Part shown: piece by piece, positions 29,294-32,000 of the stretch
Numbering within the stretch: position 1 is the first letter of the stretch
Layout of the letters: every line of letters begins with the position of its first letter
Virus record (IMG/VR): IMGVR_UViG_3300017971_000311
Coordinates: 27,967-59,966 of that record
Direction: 5' to 3' (one strand)
Source: a virus
Length of the DNA: 32,000 nucleotides
Made by a program: the position numbers and the translations under genes
The notes under the pieces: generated by a model
What the model was told of the DNA's origin: nothing
Seen by the model: the letters and a program-made list of their open reading frames with translations, nothing else
Databases searched by the model: none

Positions 29294-29434
29294 GCATGAG
29301 TGGCGAAACGGAGAAGCATTGCTTCTATGAAACGCTTTATCGGTAATTGAGACGTGGCCGATACATACCGACAAGGCTGCGGTGCAAACATCGCGGCGCT
29401 TCCGGATGCAGGGTTCGAGTCCCTGCCTCGTGCA
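29294..29434 (+). ncRNA. Giant tRNA-like module A (141 nt)
   Basis: Acceptor GCATGAG/CTCGTGC (7 bp) followed by TG. T arm GCAGGG-TTCGAGT-CCCTGC with a 6-bp stem. Internal 9-bp hairpin GCTGCGGTG-CAAA-CATCGCGGC and hairpin AGAAG-CATTG-CTTCT. Confidence 0.4.
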
Positions 29435-29464
29435 AAATCCTGGGCATGATAGCAAAAACTGCCC

Positions 29465-29611
29465 GTGCGTGTGATTGCGGAAAATTGGTCCGCTACAGCA
29501 AGTTGCAGCCACCCTTAAAAGTGCTGCACAGACACGGCTTGCTACACCAGTACAGCTTGCGTAGTGCGCTACGTATTGTTGTGCGCAGGGTTCGAGTCCC
29601 TGCCGCGCGCA
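29465..29611 (+). ncRNA. Giant tRNA-Leu(UAA)-like module B (147 nt)
   Basis: Acceptor GTGCGTG/CGCGCGC. Leu-type D arm GCGG-AAAATTGGTC-CGC. A bulged 7-bp helix is capped by a loop containing CTTAAAA. UNCG-capped hairpin CGTAG-TGCG-CTACG. T arm GCAGGG-TTCGAGT-CCCTGC. Confidence 0.45.
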
Positions 29612-29671
29612 ACACTGTAAAGTACGAGGCCTGGTTGCGCACCCGATTAAGTTCAGGGGAAAGTCCAGGGT

Positions 29672-29817
29672 GCATGCGTGGTGGAAGAGGTAGACACTAA
29701 CGAGTAAATCGTTGAGGGTAACACCAAAGGGATGAGGTTCGAGCCGGTGGCGTAACCGCTGCCGGTAAATAAGCCCCAGAGTCGAACCATGCAGGGTGCA
29801 AATCCCTGCCGCATGCA
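29672..29817 (+). ncRNA. Giant tRNA-like module C (146 nt)
   Basis: Acceptor GCATGCG/CGCATGC plus TG. Leu-type D arm GTGG-AAGAGGTAGA-CAC. Hairpin AACG-AGTAAAT-CGTT. A 76-nt insert carries the 9-bp hairpin CCGGTGGCG-TAAC-CGCTGCCGG. T arm GCAGGG-TGCAAAT-CCCTGC with G at position 55. Confidence 0.4.
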
Positions 29818-29948
29818 GATTGGTTGCAACGCAGCGCGGGACTTCCCTGCTCTCGCGTGCTGTGACTTGCAGCTAACTGGGAGTGGATGCGTCTTTCAGG
29901 GAGGCTTTACTCACTCACAGCGACCTGGGATTGTCGTAAAAAGCACCA

Positions 29949-30070
29949 GCGTGGATGGCGGAAAAGGTAGACGCTACTGAATGGGTATGTCGAACTGCTG
30001 GCAAAGCCGATAAATTTCACCCATGAATGTGCAGGACGACACTGCAGGGTGCAAATCCCTGCTCCACGCA
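29949..30070 (+). ncRNA. Giant tRNA-like module D (122 nt)
   Basis: Acceptor GCGTGGA/TCCACGC plus TG. Leu-type D arm GCGG-AAAAGGTAGA-CGC. A 44-nt irregular hairpin is closed by ATGGGT/ACCCAT. T arm GCAGGG-TGCAAAT-CCCTGC. Confidence 0.4.
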
Positions 30071-30230
30071 AAGGTAGCACGACTATTTTTCAGTTGTGGT
30101 CGTAGCAGTAGCCAAACGAAAACGCCCGGTAACTGAACGCGAGTGAGAGTAGCCTTGGCCCAGCTCCTCCGGCGATCGGGATTAAATATGGGCCACTTTT
30201 AATCATGGTTCACATTTTTCTGAGCAACGG

Positions 30231-30257
30231 TCTCCTGTTTTTAAATATTACAGGAGG
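30231..30257 (+). promoter_or_regulatory. Hairpin sequestering the SD of ORF 30263
   Basis: TCTCCTGT (30231-38) pairs with ACAGGAGG (30250-57): 8 bp including one G-U, with a T/A-rich 11-nt loop. The 3' arm is the RBS. Confidence 0.35.
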
Positions 30258-30262
30258 TCAGT

Positions 30263-30622
30263 ATGAGCAGAACGAGGAGAAAACTGCCAGGCAGGTTCTT
30301 CAAAAAGGATCCCTGGTGCGGTGAACCAGATAGGGAGTGGTACGACAACTACCTGCTTGCGATGCAGCGAGGCCACTTGGTGGCTGGTTACGTGCACTGC
30401 TACCCGCGGAGAGATGGTGGGTACCGTTGGTACGAGACCGCAGAAGGCCCAGTATCCAAGCGGTACTACAAGAGGCTCGTGCGGAGATTTCGGCGCCGGG
30501 TGGCGAAGGAAAAAATAAGACAGCTCTCACAGGAGATAGAAAAAGATGCCGAAGAAAAAGAAACAGGCCAAAACAGAGGGCAGGCTTCGGAGGGCACGCA
30601 GATTAAAAGTACCTGGCAATGA
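30263..30622 (+). CDS. Arg-rich small protein (hypothetical, possible RNA binder)
   Basis: AGGAGG RBS. The YYKRLVRRFRRRVAKEKI basic motif is like those in 30-272 and 6512-6766. Confidence 0.6.
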   Translation: MSRTRRKLPGRFFKKDPWCGEPDREWYDNYLLAMQRGHLVAGYVHCYPRRDGGYRWYETAEGPVSKRYYKRLVRRFRRRVAKEKIRQLSQEIEKDAEEKETGQNRGQASEGTQIKSTWQ

Positions 30623-30767
30623 CCGCGAGTATGTCCTATGGGGCATTTATGATAAAGGTGTTTCCTTGTTAGCGTCGGACGTAAGCCTTTTTATGGGACC
30701 GGACCCTGATGACAAGACCGCTTGTCTGGAAGGGGTCGATCCCGAGAGCATCATCATTGTGCGGTAG
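30546..30767 (+). CDS. Hypothetical protein overlapping the previous ORF by 77 nt
   Basis: 73-aa ORF in another frame. It has a Lys-rich N-terminus. Which ORF is translated across the overlap is unclear. Confidence 0.4.
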   Translation: MPKKKKQAKTEGRLRRARRLKVPGNDREYVLWGIYDKGVSLLASDVSLFMGPDPDDKTACLEGVDPESIIIVR

Positions 30768-30774
30768 CATCGGA

Positions 30775-30981
30775 ATGCCGACAGTAGATCTGAAAGACAC
30801 GGTAATCAACGTTCCCAAGAATGCGCTCACCGCACGTGTGTTCTACAACATCGGCGAGGAGCGCGTGGAAATCGCCACCGTGGTGTCTAAGCCTCCGGCT
30901 TGGGTGACAATTCTTCGGTACGCTGCTTGCGTGTTGATTGGAGCTCTTGCAGGAGGAGCTTTTATCTGGTACACGAGATAA
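30775..30981 (+). CDS. Small protein with C-terminal transmembrane helix
   Basis: Internal ATG at 30775 lies just after the upstream stop. The C-terminus is WVTILRYAACVLIGALAGGAFIWY. Confidence 0.45.
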   Translation: MPTVDLKDTVINVPKNALTARVFYNIGEERVEIATVVSKPPAWVTILRYAACVLIGALAGGAFIWYTR

Positions 30982-31230
30982 GCGGTTTGGGCGACGCAGG
31001 CCGCGAAACAACGTAGCCAAGAGGGCAGTTCATATTGAACATCCATGGTGCGCTTGAAGCTGGGTTGTTGGGACAGTCGCTGCGTTGGGCGAAGCGCGCA
31101 TTAAACTGCAAGCCCCGGTTTATGGGTGTTGGCCTCAGATTCCCGGCAGGACGTTACAAGCTGCCGAAACGGGCAAGTGAGCTCTTGCATTTATTGGTGG
31201 TCCCAGCTAGGATGTAATGAGCTCGCGTCT

Positions 31231-31303
31231 TGGGGCGTCGACAAGTGGAAAGTCACCGGCTTTTGATGCCGGCATTTCGTAGGTTCGAATCCTACCGCCC
31301 CAG
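31231..31303 (+). tRNA. tRNA-Gln(TTG)
   Basis: Acceptor TGGGGCG/CGCCCCA. Anticodon stem CCGGC/GCCGG with loop TTTTGAT. T arm GTAGG-TTCGAAT-CCTAC. Confidence 0.85.
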
Positions 31304-31518
31304 TAGGTGAGGGATGCAGCATTACCTCACTGTGGCAGTGTTTGAGCTAAGCGATCGTAGGTTTAAGCATTGCTGGTTGCTGTGCACAGGACCCCGCTGT
31401 GGTTAAGAAAGTGTGGGCGTTTCCGGGTACCGTGATACTCGGCGCGGACTAGTGCCTGATAACCGTGATGTAAATGCAGGCACACGGAGCTCACGGTTAG
31501 CCGCTGTGGGTTCCAAAT
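31304..31518 (+). ncRNA. Structured inter-tRNA RNA with pseudoknot-type pairing
   Basis: GTGCCTG pairs with CAGGCAC (7 bp), interleaved with TAACCGTGA pairing with TCACGGTTA (9 bp). Direct repeats CCGCTGTGG x2. The ORFs here overlap the tRNA and look spurious. Confidence 0.35.
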
Positions 31519-31594
31519 GGGCGATTAGCGAAGTGGCTTTACGCGGCGGTCCTACAAACCGCGACCTACGCTGGTTCGAACCCAGCATCGCCCA
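31519..31594 (+). tRNA. tRNA-Val(TAC)-like with C33 and a 7-nt variable loop
   Basis: Acceptor GGGCGAT/ATCGCCC. D stem GCG/CGC. Anticodon stem GCGGT/ACCGC with loop CCTACAA, where position 33 is C rather than U. T arm GCTGG-TTCGAAC-CCAGC. Confidence 0.65.
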
Positions 31595-31639
31595 TCGAAC
31601 TCCTGAGTATAGTTACCTGTAGGTAATGATCAGGAGTTC

Positions 31640-32000
31640 ATGATGAGCAAAAAGACCGAAGCAATTAAATTAAGAATGCGTGGCCATACCTATAAGGAGA
31701 TAAGCGGCGCTTTAGGTGGAGTGCCAAAGAGCACTTTATCTAGCTGGCTTTCTGACGTTCCGGTTTCTGGTAGGGCGAAAAAACGGCTAGCTCGCATCAG
31801 GCGTACCCGTCAGGCTGAATGGGCCAGAAAAGGTTCGCAGGCTATGGCTAGAAAATCCCGAGAGCATAGAGCATCTTTGCTTAAAGGAGCACAAAACCAG
31901 ATTGACGGACTGCGTTTGACTGTTGGCACAGCCGCTTTGGTGGGAGCGGCGTTGTACTGGGCGGAGGGAGACAAAGCACGCAATATGTTACGATTCACGA
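31640..32000 (+). CDS. HTH plus LAGLIDADG-like homing endonuclease (3' truncated by window end)
   Basis: CAGGAG RBS with ATG ATG. The frame stays open to the window end and is not in the ORF track. N-terminal HTH HTYKEISGALGGVPKSTLSSWL, then LVGAALYWAEGDK, resembling the LAGLIDADG-type motif. Confidence 0.55.
   Translation, partial: MMSKKTEAIKLRMRGHTYKEISGALGGVPKSTLSSWLSDVPVSGRAKKRLARIRRTRQAEWARKGSQAMARKSREHRASLLKGAQNQIDGLRLTVGTAALVGAALYWAEGDKARNMLRFT

Noticed and set aside
29657-29666. GGGAAAGTCC followed by AGGGTGC, resembling the RNase P RNA CR-I/P4 motif GAGGAAAGTCCGGGC.
   Set aside because: No matching P4 3' strand (ACAGAACCCGGC-like) or other conserved RNase P blocks occur within about 400 nt. 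The motif directly abuts tRNA-like module C.
29057-29700. ORFs of 151 aa (minus, 29057-29512) and 117 aa (plus, 29347-29700) inside the RNA island.
   Set aside because: Their products are Cys/Arg/Ser-rich and low in complexity. They have no RBS and run straight through the T-arm and acceptor helices of the tRNA-like modules.
31035-31217. A 60-aa ORF with a TTG start between ORF 30775-30981 and tRNA-Gln(UUG).
   Set aside because: It has no RBS and a basic, low-complexity product. The region contains stem-loops such as CGGCAG/CTGCCG and is more likely a tRNA leader. This call is not certain.
1-32000. Stop-codon recoding or suppressor tRNAs (anticodons CTA, TCA, TTA), and CRISPR arrays.
   Set aside because: None of the canonical tRNAs has a suppressor anticodon. 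The TCA in 23255-23348 is not presented in a 7-nt loop. ORFs are of normal length under the standard code. No regularly spaced direct repeats exist.

Overview
The window looks like a phage accessory region, probably from a large or jumbo phage or a prophage. GC is about 50% and most genes are on the + strand. It is packed with short ORFs, many of them CxxC zinc-ribbon mini-proteins, interleaved with an unusually dense RNA-gene load. By manual cloverleaf folding I support 17 canonical tRNA genes: Asp, Glu, Ala, Asn, Pro x2, Phe, His, Lys, Trp, Val x2, Ile, Arg x2 and Gln x2. About a dozen further tRNA-like RNAs are non-canonical. Around ten near-consensus sigma70-type promoters (cTTGACA-N16/17-TAnnnT) punctuate the region. 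Three homing-endonuclease genes (two HNH, one LAGLIDADG-like) each sit directly downstream of a tRNA. Recognisable proteins include an RlmN/Cfr-like radical-SAM enzyme split into two ORFs, a PTH2-like peptidyl-tRNA hydrolase, and two metallophosphoesterases. Others are an FmdB zinc ribbon, a HicB-like RHH protein, a Fis-type HTH protein and a DUF736-like protein with an SSB-type acidic tail. There is also a 930-aa protein with degenerate family-A polymerase motifs, a beta-helix fibre-like protein, and a thaumatin-like lipoprotein on the opposite strand. The most unusual signals are two apparently circularly permuted tRNA genes on the minus strand (21.5-21.84 kb). The second is a promoter-driven, ORF-free RNA island of about 1.9 kb (28.3-30.2 kb). 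It holds tRNA-Gln, about 0.8 kb of highly structured RNA and four 120-150 nt Leu-like giant tRNA-like modules. All folds and homology calls were made by eye or from memory and need computational confirmation.
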